Origin: a virus
Strand: one strand, 5' to 3'
DNA: 64,000 nucleotides
IMG/VR virus record: IMGVR_UViG_3300025141_000029
Coordinates: 1 to 64,000 of that record
The notes beneath the pieces are model-generated. The model had not been told where the DNA came from and ran no database searches. It worked only from the letters and a program-made list of their open reading frames with translations. Of this stretch, positions 1 to 7,396 are shown in pieces. The stretch's first letter is position 1. Each line of letters opens with the position of its first letter. The position numbers and the translations under genes are program-made.

Positions 1-653
1 TTGAGCCATCGGACTTCTGTCTCAATGGTCTCGGCAGTTCCGACAGGAAGCACAATCACGGGAATAGCACCCTTTGCAGCGCCAGCAACCTTATCAGGAT
101 AATCAACAATCATGACCATCTTGTTCGCAAAGCGCTTCTTCGCACTCAGCGAAGGTGGTGCAGTTTGGCGAATCTTCGCCATTGTTCCTACAGGAAAAGT
201 AGGAACCGAGTTCATGTTGTCAAGCACTTTTTGAACGTACTTGTTTTCAACCATTGCGCGATACTGCTTTTCAGTAGGAATGTGGTCATCGTCGTTCAAA
301 ATACGATTAGCCAAGTCTGCAAAATATGGCGGATTATTCAAATAATAACGTGCAGCAATACACATTTTGTCGCGCATTTCTTGAGAAAAGCTATCATTCC
401 AAGACTTTCGTGCAGCCTGCACAGCAGGGTCACGATTCTTCTCGATGCGCTGAACAATAGATTCTTGTTTGGCAGTCAAACTTCCGTAACGATTCACACT
501 GTCCTTGACGGAAGCGAGAAAACTCTTTTCCCAATCAGAAAGACCAGCGCCATTAACAAGAACTTTATCAATGCGCGCAATAAGTTCAGGATTCGCTTTT
601 TCCCTGCGTTGTCGCATAACGGCTTCTCGTCGGCTGCCAGAATAGTATCCCAT
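1..653 (-). CDS. Hypothetical early protein, runs off window edge (MGYYSGSRRE...)
   Basis: Open frame from ATG at 653 to window start with GAGG RBS and upstream promoter; absent from the ORF track because it is truncated. Confidence 0.75.
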   Translation of the reverse strand, partial: MGYYSGSRREAVMRQRREKANPELIARIDKVLVNGAGLSDWEKSFLASVKDSVNRYGSLTAKQESIVQRIEKNRDPAVQAARKSWNDSFSQEMRDKMCIAARYYLNNPPYFADLANRILNDDDHIPTEKQYRAMVENKYVQKVLDNMNSVPTFPVGTMAKIRQTAPPSLSAKKRFANKMVMIVDYPDKVAGAAKGAIPVIVLPVGTAETIETEVRWL

Positions 654-682
654 TTTGATTTCCTCGTTTCGGGTACAGTTAA

Positions 683-710
683 AGTATAGGAACGGTGTTG
701 CTTAAATCAA
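683..710 (-). promoter_or_regulatory. sigma70-like promoter TTGATT-N16-TATACT
   Basis: Directly upstream of the ORF starting at 653; shares GTTCCTATA with promoters at 1308 and 2773. Confidence 0.65.
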
Positions 711-991
711 GAATCTACATGAGAAATAATCATTAGTTCCCAATTTTCACGCTGTTGTACGCGATGAGGCTCATTATCTCCCCACTGCTTGCGAGGAATC
801 GTTCGCGAAGGTCCGAGCCAATGCACCATCACATCAAAGCGTTCCTTCTTTTTTTGGCAAAGTAACTTGGCTGTGTGCTCACCGACAAAATGCTTTGTGG
901 ACAATACAATACCCTGAACCTTGGAATCTGGATGCCACGCTTCTCTAACGATTGCGCCTGGTTCTAACTTCTTTGCTTCTTTGAGGTTCAC
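707..991 (-). CDS. Hypothetical SH3/KOW-like small protein
   Basis: ORF track; LEPGAIV..GIVL..VHW pattern resembles the array proteins. Confidence 0.65.
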   Translation of the reverse strand: MNLKEAKKLEPGAIVREAWHPDSKVQGIVLSTKHFVGEHTAKLLCQKKKERFDVMVHWLGPSRTIPRKQWGDNEPHRVQQRENWELMIISHVDS

Positions 992-1290
992 TAACGGCGG
1001 CCCTCGATGAAGGAGGCCTTATCATCCGAGAAACCATCTTCGATGGACCTTCGCTTCTCAGCGTTGATGCTCATTTGCTCAACGGTTAGAGGTTTTGTGT
1101 CAACATCATAAATAGCTTTTTCAGCTTGATAGACTGCTTCTGCTAGTTGCTTACGTTTATTGTTTGTAAATACAACTTCTGCCCTTTCCAGGTTATCTGG
1201 TGCCGTTGGCTCCGTCATTCCAAGGACATTATTCGCAACAGAAAGAAAAGTCTCAAGTGATTCGCGAGGAATCGTGATTAAATCGTCCAT
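991..1290 (-). CDS. Hypothetical protein
   Basis: ORF with GGAGG RBS and promoter. Confidence 0.7.
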   Translation of the reverse strand: MDDLITIPRESLETFLSVANNVLGMTEPTAPDNLERAEVVFTNNKRKQLAEAVYQAEKAIYDVDTKPLTVEQMSINAEKRRSIEDGFSDDKASFIEGRR

Positions 1291-1307
1291 TAAAACCTCC
1301 GTAAAAA

Positions 1308-1335
1308 ACTATAGGAACAAAATACTGAGAGTAAA
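1308..1335 (-). promoter_or_regulatory. sigma70-like promoter TTTACT-N16-TATAGT
   Basis: Intergenic, upstream of 991..1290. Confidence 0.6.
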
Positions 1336-1336
1336 A

Positions 1337-2104
1337 CTACTCATCATCATAATCAATGCCATGGTACGAATAGGGGCGCTCTTTCTTGAAGTCCCCGCGC
1401 AGCTTTGCAGTGTTAAGGCAACACTCCATAGTCAAAAAATCTTCAGGGTACACCACATCAACCGGACTGGTGATCGTCATGGCAGACTCCCGGCGGCCTC
1501 TCTTGGGGTTGTCTTTGCAGATATCCTCAATGTCGGCGATTGAGCGAGGAAGCATACAACTATTGCGTCGACCAGTAAGTGTCTCAGTAGTAATCAAATC
1601 TATGTATTCTTGGTCGCCACCGAGCGCGGCATGATGTGTAATATACGTCCAGTTGACGCCGCTAACCATAGCCAACTCTTCCGCATCCCAGTTCTTTATC
1701 ATTACCAGGGCCCCAACACCCAGCCCATGCTCAGTAAACCTATCGATAAACTTTTCACGGGCTTCGAGAGTCTTCGTGGCAAAGTTATTCATATCGCCGT
1801 TGCGATAGCTACAGGTTCTACGAGTGTGACCTTGCTCTTTACAATAAGAACACTTGCGATTCTTGCCACGGTTGACAGTCTTGTTCAACTCTGCCTTGTG
1901 GCGGCTAAGATTGCGCTGCGCGTAGTTGCGCTCCCAATCATCGGTGAAGTTATCGTCTGCGATTTCCTTTTCATACGCAGCAATCTGATCCAGATGACTC
2001 TGCTTCTTCGCCTTGCACGAACCCTTGTTGTGACCCTTTTCATAGCAGTGGCCACAAGTTACAGTGCGCTTCCAGTTTCCATTTTCATCAGTATAATACG
2101 ACAT
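1337..2104 (-). CDS. Protein with two CCHC zinc knuckles
   Basis: CGHCYEKGHNKGSC and CSYCKEQGHTRRTC match CX2CX4HX4C. Confidence 0.8.
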   Translation of the reverse strand: MSYYTDENGNWKRTVTCGHCYEKGHNKGSCKAKKQSHLDQIAAYEKEIADDNFTDDWERNYAQRNLSRHKAELNKTVNRGKNRKCSYCKEQGHTRRTCSYRNGDMNNFATKTLEAREKFIDRFTEHGLGVGALVMIKNWDAEELAMVSGVNWTYITHHAALGGDQEYIDLITTETLTGRRNSCMLPRSIADIEDICKDNPKRGRRESAMTITSPVDVVYPEDFLTMECCLNTAKLRGDFKKERPYSYHGIDYDDE

Positions 2105-2135
2105 TTCAACCCTCCGTTGTGTCGTTTACAGTATA

Positions 2136-2163
2136 AGTATAATTACGCAGCTTGAAGAGTCAA
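2136..2163 (-). promoter_or_regulatory. sigma70-like promoter TTGACT-N16-TATACT
   Basis: Upstream of zinc-knuckle gene; same CTTGACTC..GTAATTATACT layout as the promoter at 8147. Confidence 0.7.
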
Positions 2164-2622
2164 GAGTGCGTCCAACATATCTACAGTTTTTGGGAGTCCG
2201 CCGCCCACTGGATAAACCCAGCACTTTGAGCCCCATGGACTATAAATGTTTGTGTCCTTTTCACATAGGACATCCAAAACCTGACAAACCTCAACATCTT
2301 CTAAAATATATTTTGGGGTTTCGTCGGGCTCGTCTTGATGAATGTTGTAAGCCACTCCAGCTTCAACCAACAAAATCATCATATGCTCGGTTAGTTCTTC
2401 GCCATCGAGTGGATTGTCGGAAAAGCAGTTCTCCGTAAAATACTCGTGGCACGACGGATCGTCGATGATGGCCTGTATTTCAACATAGCCGTTTTTAAGT
2501 TCTATGAGTTGCATATCAACTCCGTTGTCATACCAACTAAGATAGTTGTGAGTGAAACAACGAATCACTTTCTCATAAATATCTTTGCTATACTTGGGCT
2601 TAAAGATCCAAGATGATTGCAT
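2143..2622 (-). CDS. Hypothetical protein
   Basis: ORF track, 159 aa, AAGG RBS. Confidence 0.65.
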   Translation of the reverse strand: MQSSWIFKPKYSKDIYEKVIRCFTHNYLSWYDNGVDMQLIELKNGYVEIQAIIDDPSCHEYFTENCFSDNPLDGEELTEHMMILLVEAGVAYNIHQDEPDETPKYILEDVEVCQVLDVLCEKDTNIYSPWGSKCWVYPVGGGLPKTVDMLDALLTLQAA

Positions 2623-2633
2623 TTTTTACCTTA

Positions 2634-2663
2634 TGTGTCTTGTGTGCGTGTGTCTTGTGTGCG
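2634..2663. repeat. 15-bp tandem repeat x2 (tgtgtcttgtgtgcg)
   Basis: Seen directly downstream of tRNA-Ile. Confidence 0.8.
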
Positions 2664-2676
2664 TGAGCAAAAAAAA

Positions 2677-2753
2677 TGGTTGACCCGGTGGGACTTGAAC
2701 CCACGACTCCCACCTTATAAGGATGACGCTCTAACCTACTGAGCTACGGGTCA
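2677..2753 (-). tRNA. tRNA-Ile(UAU) with encoded CCA
   Basis: Cloverleaf TGACCCG/CGGGTCA, D arm GCTC/GAGC, loop CTTATAA (anticodon TAT), T arm GTGGG-TTCAAGT-CCCAC, ACCA. Confidence 0.9.
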
Positions 2754-2772
2754 GTAATCTGTCTACGCCCCA

Positions 2773-2800
2773 ACTATAGGAACCAAAAGATTCTAGTCAA
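2773..2800 (-). promoter_or_regulatory. sigma70-like promoter TTGACT-N16-TATAGT for tRNA-Ile
   Basis: About 20 nt upstream of the tRNA 5' end. Confidence 0.7.
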
Positions 2801-2979
2801 GACTCAGAAACAAGAAGTAATGTTTCTTCTCGTCGGCTGTGTTCCTCGCCTTCAAGTATATATAATCTAACGGATTTTCCATCTCGCTCACTTTCAATAA
2901 CCTCAACAATCATCTTGGCTGGATAGATTTCTTTGTAGTTTGAGTAACTTGAAGGTATTACTAAATCACCGACTTTCAC
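2797..2979 (-). CDS. MKVGDLV-family mini-protein (GTG start)
   Basis: MKVGDLVIPSS...LLVSES. Confidence 0.8.
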   Translation of the reverse strand: MKVGDLVIPSSYSNYKEIYPAKMIVEVIESERDGKSVRLYILEGEEHSRREETLLLVSES

Positions 2980-3139
2980 TGATAACCTCACAGCCTGATT
3001 GGACCATCCAACGAACTTCTCCGCTCTGGTCGATGGTTCTTACAGTCCCGCCTTCGTTGTTAATAAACAAAACAACAGCAATGCTCACAGGCGGGGGCAG
3101 CTTCAGAGGATTATACCTAATCAAATCACCGACTTTCAT
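2966..3139 (-). CDS. MKVGDLV-family mini-protein
   Basis: MKVGDLIRYNP...EVISESR. Confidence 0.8.
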   Translation of the reverse strand: MKVGDLIRYNPLKLPPPVSIAVVLFINNEGGTVRTIDQSGEVRWMVQSGCEVISESR

Positions 3140-3305
3140 AGTGATATTCCACATCGTCAGATTCTATTCCTTCGATTTCTCCATCGGACCACAAACATTC
3201 GAGCCAAAAGTTTTGTTTTAAGGGTCCGTGGCCGGCAGGTATACCTGAAACATCCAGAATGATAGCAAACTCGCCACCACACTTTATCAAATCACCGACT
3301 TTCAT
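3126..3305 (-). CDS. MKVGDLV-family mini-protein, 59 aa (below ORF-track cutoff)
   Basis: Hand translated MKVGDLIKCGGEFAIILDV...WLECLWSDG...EYHYESR. Confidence 0.8.
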   Translation of the reverse strand: MKVGDLIKCGGEFAIILDVSGIPAGHGPLKQNFWLECLWSDGEIEGIESDDVEYHYESR

Positions 3306-3458
3306 TTACAATCTCCAGTTCTCCCGCATAAAAGTCGACGCCTTCAACTTCCCCAATATCATCGCACCACTTCACCAAGGCTCGGTGGAGGGCTGATTGT
3401 TGACAATCAGCCCAAATGTATTTGAAGGAATGTGTCTTACCAGATCACCTGCTTTCAC
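3292..3458 (-). pseudogene. MKVGDLV-family gene with 1-nt frameshift
   Basis: MKAGDLVRHIPSNTFGLIV then early TGA; family C-terminus (ALVKWCDD...LEIVNESR) lies in the -1 frame; span is 167 nt. Confidence 0.7.
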
Positions 3459-3624
3459 TGACTAACTCCATACGAGGCTCAACCGTCCACACGGGAACCT
3501 CTCTTTCAGAAGTCAGAGATTGAACTTTCCACCAGCGGTTGCCAAATCCATAAGTTTTGTCTCTCTCAATTAAAATGTAATAACCATCTTGTTCAAGTAA
3601 AGTAACTAAATCGCCGGCCTTCAT
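3445..3624 (-). CDS. MKVGDLV-family mini-protein, 59 aa
   Basis: Hand translated MKAGDLVTLLEQDGYYILI...WWKVQ...MELVSESR. Confidence 0.8.
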   Translation of the reverse strand: MKAGDLVTLLEQDGYYILIERDKTYGFGNRWWKVQSLTSEREVPVWTVEPRMELVSESR

Positions 3625-3851
3625 ATTTTTCTACCAGCACCTACGATTGAGCTATCGCTTTCTTCAATCACTTCATTTGCCGGAATCCAATGAACTTTGT
3701 AATAAGGAATATCGGCCAACCTCAAATCAATATCTATTACGATTCCTATTTCCCAATCGTTTCCCTGTTCAGGCGTCCAGCCCTCTTCATTGAGGAGGTT
3801 CTTTTCTTCGTTGGCAGAAAGCTTAACTAAATCACCAACTTCAAACTTCAC
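3621..3851 (-). CDS. MKVGDLV-family mini-protein (GTG start at 3851)
   Basis: MKFEVGDLVKL...IGIVI...YKVHW. Confidence 0.75.
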   Translation of the reverse strand: MKFEVGDLVKLSANEEKNLLNEEGWTPEQGNDWEIGIVIDIDLRLADIPYYKVHWIPANEVIEESDSSIVGAGRKI

Positions 3852-4047
3852 CGGAAACAACCTCAATGCATTGTGATGGTGTCCAGGCTTCTTGTGGGCC
3901 ATATTCATCAGAAAACCAATAAATCCAAGCGCCTTCGCTGCTGCCTTCTCCATGCTTGACGTCATGCATGCGCAAAATAATCCCCGTGTGACCGTGGAAA
4001 TAAGCTCGGCCGGACCTCGCCCACCTGACCAAATCACCCGGCTTCAT
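3841..4047 (-). CDS. MKVGDLV-family mini-protein
   Basis: MKPGDLVRW...TGIIL...WIYW...IEVVSGEV. Confidence 0.8.
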   Translation of the reverse strand: MKPGDLVRWARSGRAYFHGHTGIILRMHDVKHGEGSSEGAWIYWFSDEYGPQEAWTPSQCIEVVSGEV

Positions 4048-4252
4048 TTAGAACCTCCAGCCAGCCGGCGAGCATACAATCTCGGTCCTCACCTTCTTTT
4101 GCTAGGTGTGCCGGTGAAACCCAACGAACCCACCAGCGATGAACACGCTGCTTGTGTTGCCGGTATACAATACCGATCGGGTAGTATTGTTCGCCTCCAA
4201 TATCGTCTGGACCCCATGCGTCGACACTTCTTACCAAGTTACCTACTTTCAT
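4034..4252 (-). CDS. MKVGDLV-family mini-protein
   Basis: MKVGNLVRS...IGIVY...WWVRW...LEVLNEAG. Confidence 0.8.
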   Translation of the reverse strand: MKVGNLVRSVDAWGPDDIGGEQYYPIGIVYRQHKQRVHRWWVRWVSPAHLAKEGEDRDCMLAGWLEVLNEAG

Positions 4253-4407
4253 TACCTACAACCATCGCAGCGGCTATCAGTCCATCGTTTGATTGCTGCA
4301 TCGATGACTTCCATGACGGCCTTGAAATCCTCTTCATCGTCTAGACACCGTGCGAGACACTGCTGTTCAAGCATGTGCTTAATCTCTTTTGCCAGTTCAT
4401 GATTCAC
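4252..4407 (-). CDS. Unrelated 51-aa protein inside the array
   Basis: Hand translated MNHELAKEIKHMLEQQCLARCLDDEEDF...; GTG start overlaps the SES* end of the upstream gene. Confidence 0.6.
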   Translation of the reverse strand: MNHELAKEIKHMLEQQCLARCLDDEEDFKAVMEVIDAAIKRWTDSRCDGCR

Positions 4408-4588
4408 TTATCAACTCCAACTGTTCTTCTTCGTGAAAGGAAAAATCGTCGTTCCATTGAACCCTATACGACTTCCAGGCTCCAATACCGTTGGCGCCTT
4501 CCTCAATAAATGTAATAACGCCTGGTCCATAGTAAACACCGGTCCAGCGCCAGTTTTCCCTAAGTAAAACAATATCACCGACTTTCAT
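4397..4588 (-). CDS. MKVGDLV-family mini-protein
   Basis: MKVGDIVLL...YYGPGVIT...WNDDFSFH..LELISES. Confidence 0.8.
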   Translation of the reverse strand: MKVGDIVLLRENWRWTGVYYGPGVITFIEEGANGIGAWKSYRVQWNDDFSFHEEEQLELISES

Positions 4589-4770
4589 ACTTTCTCCAGC
4601 CAGCTACAACTGTTCCAAGATACCTCTGCAATACCCTCCGGAGGGTTTAACCAGTGTATCAAGTATCCTACTCGCCAGTCGTCAACTCGCGGTTGGTCGA
4701 CCTCAAGTATAATCCCCAAATCGCAACGGACGTTGGCGTAGGTGTTTTTTACTAAATCACCGACTTTCAT
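4585..4770 (-). CDS. MKVGDLV-family mini-protein
   Basis: MKVGDLVKN...LGIIL...YLIHW...LEKV. Confidence 0.8.
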   Translation of the reverse strand: MKVGDLVKNTYANVRCDLGIILEVDQPRVDDWRVGYLIHWLNPPEGIAEVSWNSCSWLEKV

Positions 4771-4930
4771 CGGCTACCTCCAACATAGATGCTTGATAAT
4801 AGCCGGTTGCCGTGTACTTACAACACCATACGATTTTGAAGGAACCTCCGACATGCGTGTGAATAGCTATACCGAGAGGGCCTGAATCAATCGTATGACT
4901 CTTAAACTTTACCAAATCACCAACTTTCAC
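4757..4930 (-). CDS. MKVGDLV-family mini-protein, 57 aa
   Basis: Hand translated MKVGDLVKFKSH...LGIAI...FKIVW...LEVADESR. Confidence 0.8.
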   Translation of the reverse strand: MKVGDLVKFKSHTIDSGPLGIAIHTHVGGSFKIVWCCKYTATGYYQASMLEVADESR

Positions 4931-5105
4931 TTACAACCTCGATAAACTTCTCGGCCATCTTGCCGCCGGAATGAAAGTTCGCTTTGCATACGGGTGCCAG
5001 AATCCATGTTCGTGAATAACCCCAAGAACTGTCGTCTGCTCCTTCGACTATAATATAGTAACCAATCTTCGCGGGTAAAACTTGTACGAGATCACCGACT
5101 TTCAC
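4917..5105 (-). CDS. MKVGDLV-family mini-protein
   Basis: MKVGDLVQV...IEVVSESW. Confidence 0.8.
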   Translation of the reverse strand: MKVGDLVQVLPAKIGYYIIVEGADDSSWGYSRTWILAPVCKANFHSGGKMAEKFIEVVSESW

Positions 5106-5280
5106 TTACCATCTCCAGTTCGCATTCATGCCACCATCCAATCTCTTGTCTCCAGCAGACCTCGTAGTATAATATACCGTACTCATCTTCATGAGAGTCT
5201 AAAACAATACCGTATTTGAAATCAACGCCAAGCACATTGACCACGCCGGAACGTAATCGAACAACATCACCGGTCTTCAC
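5092..5280 (-). CDS. MKVGDLV-family mini-protein
   Basis: MKTGDVVRL...YGIVL...YEVCW...LEMVSESR. Confidence 0.8.
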   Translation of the reverse strand: MKTGDVVRLRSGVVNVLGVDFKYGIVLDSHEDEYGILYYEVCWRQEIGWWHECELEMVSESR

Positions 5281-5440
5281 TAATTACCTTTAGATATTCA
5301 ACGTCATAGTCGCTAGTGCGTCCAGTGTGCGGCCAACAAATAGAAACATAAGTACAGCCAGGAACCTTTGTCGGCTCTGATATCACAATCGCGATAGTGA
5401 CGGGGTCGCCCCGATATAATACCAAATCACCAACTTTCAT
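5267..5440 (-). CDS. MKVGDLV-family mini-protein, 57 aa
   Basis: Hand translated MKVGDLVLYRGDPVTIAIVI...VSICW...LKVISEDR. Confidence 0.8.
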   Translation of the reverse strand: MKVGDLVLYRGDPVTIAIVISEPTKVPGCTYVSICWPHTGRTSDYDVEYLKVISEDR

Positions 5441-5649
5441 TATAACACCACGATTGCGCCGTCGGCGACGTCTGCTAAACTAAACCAAGAGCCGCCAAGT
5501 TGTCCATCAATAATATCGCAGCCCCACACGACTCTCCATTCTGGTCCGGTGTTGTCGACAGACGGTCTGATTTCGAGTACGTGGCCGATGCCACTGTCGA
5601 TAGGGTCGTTCTTGTGTGCAACATATTGTACCAAATCACCTACTTTCAC
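5440..5649 (-). CDS. MKVGDLV-family mini-protein
   Basis: MKVGDLVQY...IGHVL...WRVVW. Confidence 0.8.
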   Translation of the reverse strand: MKVGDLVQYVAHKNDPIDSGIGHVLEIRPSVDNTGPEWRVVWGCDIIDGQLGGSWFSLADVADGAIVVL

Positions 5650-5824
5650 TGATTAGCTCCAATTCTTCTGTTCCGTGGAAGGAAAAATCGTCGTTCCAAT
5701 GTACTCTGTGAGAGACAAACCCCTCTTCGGGGTAGTCAGTTATAGATGTAATAACGCCAGGACCATAGTAAACATATTTTATCTGGTACTCTTCTTTAAG
5801 CAGAACTATATCACCGACTTTCAT
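5636..5824 (-). CDS. MKVGDLV-family mini-protein, close paralog of 4397..4588
   Basis: Shares YYGPGVIT and WNDDFSFH..LELISES. Confidence 0.8.
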   Translation of the reverse strand: MKVGDIVLLKEEYQIKYVYYGPGVITSITDYPEEGFVSHRVHWNDDFSFHGTEELELISESR

Positions 5825-5993
5825 TTACGACCTCCAAATGGTCTGGTCGACCAAACAACGATGCGCCATCCTTCCACAAGATTAGCACGCCATGGCGTAC
5901 AGTAGCACAACGTATCACGATGCCTATTTGATCTTGACGTTCATACGTCGACCAAAATCCACCAGCAACCTTTACCAAATCACCGACTTTCAT
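5811..5993 (-). CDS. MKVGDLV-family mini-protein
   Basis: MKVGDLVKV...IGIVI...VLILW...LEVVNESR. Confidence 0.8.
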   Translation of the reverse strand: MKVGDLVKVAGGFWSTYERQDQIGIVIRCATVRHGVLILWKDGASLFGRPDHLEVVNESR

Positions 5994-6199
5994 GCTCGGC
6001 TCATGACATGGAACAGAGCATCTTCAGTACAAAAATCTTCAGAAGTCCAGGGATCAGACAATATCTGGCCTGAACTCCAGGCAACCTCGATCATAAGATA
6101 ACATTCATCATGGTAGCATTTTAACACAATGCCGACGTCGCCATCTCTGCAACCAATAATATCACCCGTCTTCGGGGTTTCGTAGTATAATGTATTCAT
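5990..6199 (-). CDS. Divergent family member at the head of the array
   Basis: PKTGDII...VGIVL...IEVAW. Confidence 0.7.
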   Translation of the reverse strand: MNTLYYETPKTGDIIGCRDGDVGIVLKCYHDECYLMIEVAWSSGQILSDPWTSEDFCTEDALFHVMSRA

Positions 6200-6431
6200 C
6201 TTTCTGTTTTCGCGTCAGTTGTTTGAACCTATATTCGGCTTTTTGAGCAGAAGATCTATCTTTGAAGGTTGTCCAATAAACCACCTCAACAGGTCTCCTC
6301 GTCTTCGTATATTTTGCGCCCTTTGGCGAAGTATTGTGCTCATTAAGACGTCGCTTAACGTCGGTTGTCACACCAGTATAGTAAGAACCATCGGAGCAGA
6401 GTAAAACGTATAAAAACCAGTGTTTAATCAA
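6162..6431 (-). CDS. GIY-YIG nuclease (UPF0213/YhbQ-like)
   Basis: YVLLCSDGSYYTGVTTDVKRRLNEHN..GAKYT..R.P..AE; likely TTG start near 6431. Confidence 0.85.
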   Translation of the reverse strand: MIKHWFLYVLLCSDGSYYTGVTTDVKRRLNEHNTSPKGAKYTKTRRPVEVVYWTTFKDRSSAQKAEYRFKQLTRKQKDEYIILRNPEDG

Positions 6432-7104
6432 GGGAAAAGATAAAATTTCGCAAAGATCTGCGAGAGGGCGAGATAACAATATGATGAAAGCTCTTGTTGA
6501 TTCGCGAAACAAGACCAATGATTTCACCAGCTATGTTAAGAATCGGGGCTCCAGATGAGCCGGGGTAAGCCGGAATGGTGAAAACAGACGTTAAACTATC
6601 GCCGCCAGCAAAATGTCCAGAAACAACCGGAATTAAACCTTTTCCGGCTACTCCATCGGGGGCCATCATACTCCACACCACTTTACCTCGCGAGGGGCTC
6701 GACGTCGCTATAGGTATCGGATCGGCTAACAGGCTCCGGCCGGTCGTCATTAAACAAATGTCCCTTGAAGGATGAATATCCAATCCAATTGCGGCATATA
6801 CATTATCTTTGTCATCGTGAACAGTCACAAGAACTTTATCAAGAACTTCAGATTGTGCTGCGTTATCAAGCATTTTACGAACCCCAGCACAAATATGCCC
6901 AGCCGTCAAAATTTTGTTTGACCTTACAACAGTTCCAGAGCCAAAGCCGGCTTCCAGTACACAAGTAATACAATTTGCCTTATAGCGTTTCACCTTAATT
7001 TGTACAAAAGAATCGAATGGAATATTTGGCTTTGTGTCCACATACACGCGAGTGCAGGAGCAAAAAATTATTGAGCATAATACAATTAAAAACTTATTCT
7101 TCAT
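6424..7104 (-). CDS. Trypsin-like serine protease with signal/lipoprotein-like leader
   Basis: LTAGHIC (His), DICL (Asp), PGSSG (Ser); start MKNKFLIVLCSIIFCSC. Confidence 0.85.
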   Translation of the reverse strand: MKNKFLIVLCSIIFCSCTRVYVDTKPNIPFDSFVQIKVKRYKANCITCVLEAGFGSGTVVRSNKILTAGHICAGVRKMLDNAAQSEVLDKVLVTVHDDKDNVYAAIGLDIHPSRDICLMTTGRSLLADPIPIATSSPSRGKVVWSMMAPDGVAGKGLIPVVSGHFAGGDSLTSVFTIPAYPGSSGAPILNIAGEIIGLVSRINKSFHHIVISPSRRSLRNFIFSLD

Positions 7105-7396
7105 CAACTTTCTCCAAAATAATTCTTCCAGAAAAGCCGCCGCGACACTCTCTTTTGTCCATGGCGGTGCTCTCCACACCATCAATATCTAACTCATGAA
7201 GCATACACAAAGACCTGAAAACTTCAAAAACATCAGCGGCTTCTTCGTAACACGGATTGTCTATGAACTCTTGCATCTCTTCTTTCATTTTAGCAAAAAG
7301 ACGCATCTCATATTCATCAGCGGTGGCCACATGATAATCACATTTTCTTCCACTTTCCTCAATGATACGAGGAATTAAATCTCTAACCAATTTCAC
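7094..7396 (-). CDS. MazG-like / HisE-like nucleotide pyrophosphohydrolase
   Basis: KLVRDLIPRII...KMKEEMQE...EEAADVFEV; GTG start overlaps the upstream TGA. Confidence 0.8.
   Translation of the reverse strand: MKLVRDLIPRIIEESGRKCDYHVATADEYEMRLFAKMKEEMQEFIDNPCYEEAADVFEVFRSLCMLHELDIDGVESTAMDKRECRGGFSGRIILEKVDEE

Larger units (their letters stand above)
2797..6199 (-). repeat. Array of ~17 dual-coding junction repeats, consensus (GAGG..)RTGAAAGTYGGTGATTTRGT, one per mini-gene
   Basis: Plus-strand aatcaccgactttca and variants at about 2964, 3124, 3290, 3443, 3609, 3829, 4032, 4237, 4573, 4755, 4915, 5090, 5265, 5425, 5634, 5809, 5978. Confidence 0.9.

Noticed and set aside
4397-5824. Diversity-generating retroelement TR/VR pair
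   Set aside because: Differences are not adenine-specific and include indels; no reverse transcriptase in the window
2797-6199. CRISPR array or integron attC cassettes
   Set aside because: Repeats are degenerate, non-palindromic and protein coding; spacers are 130-200 bp ORFs; no cas or integron integrase gene in the window
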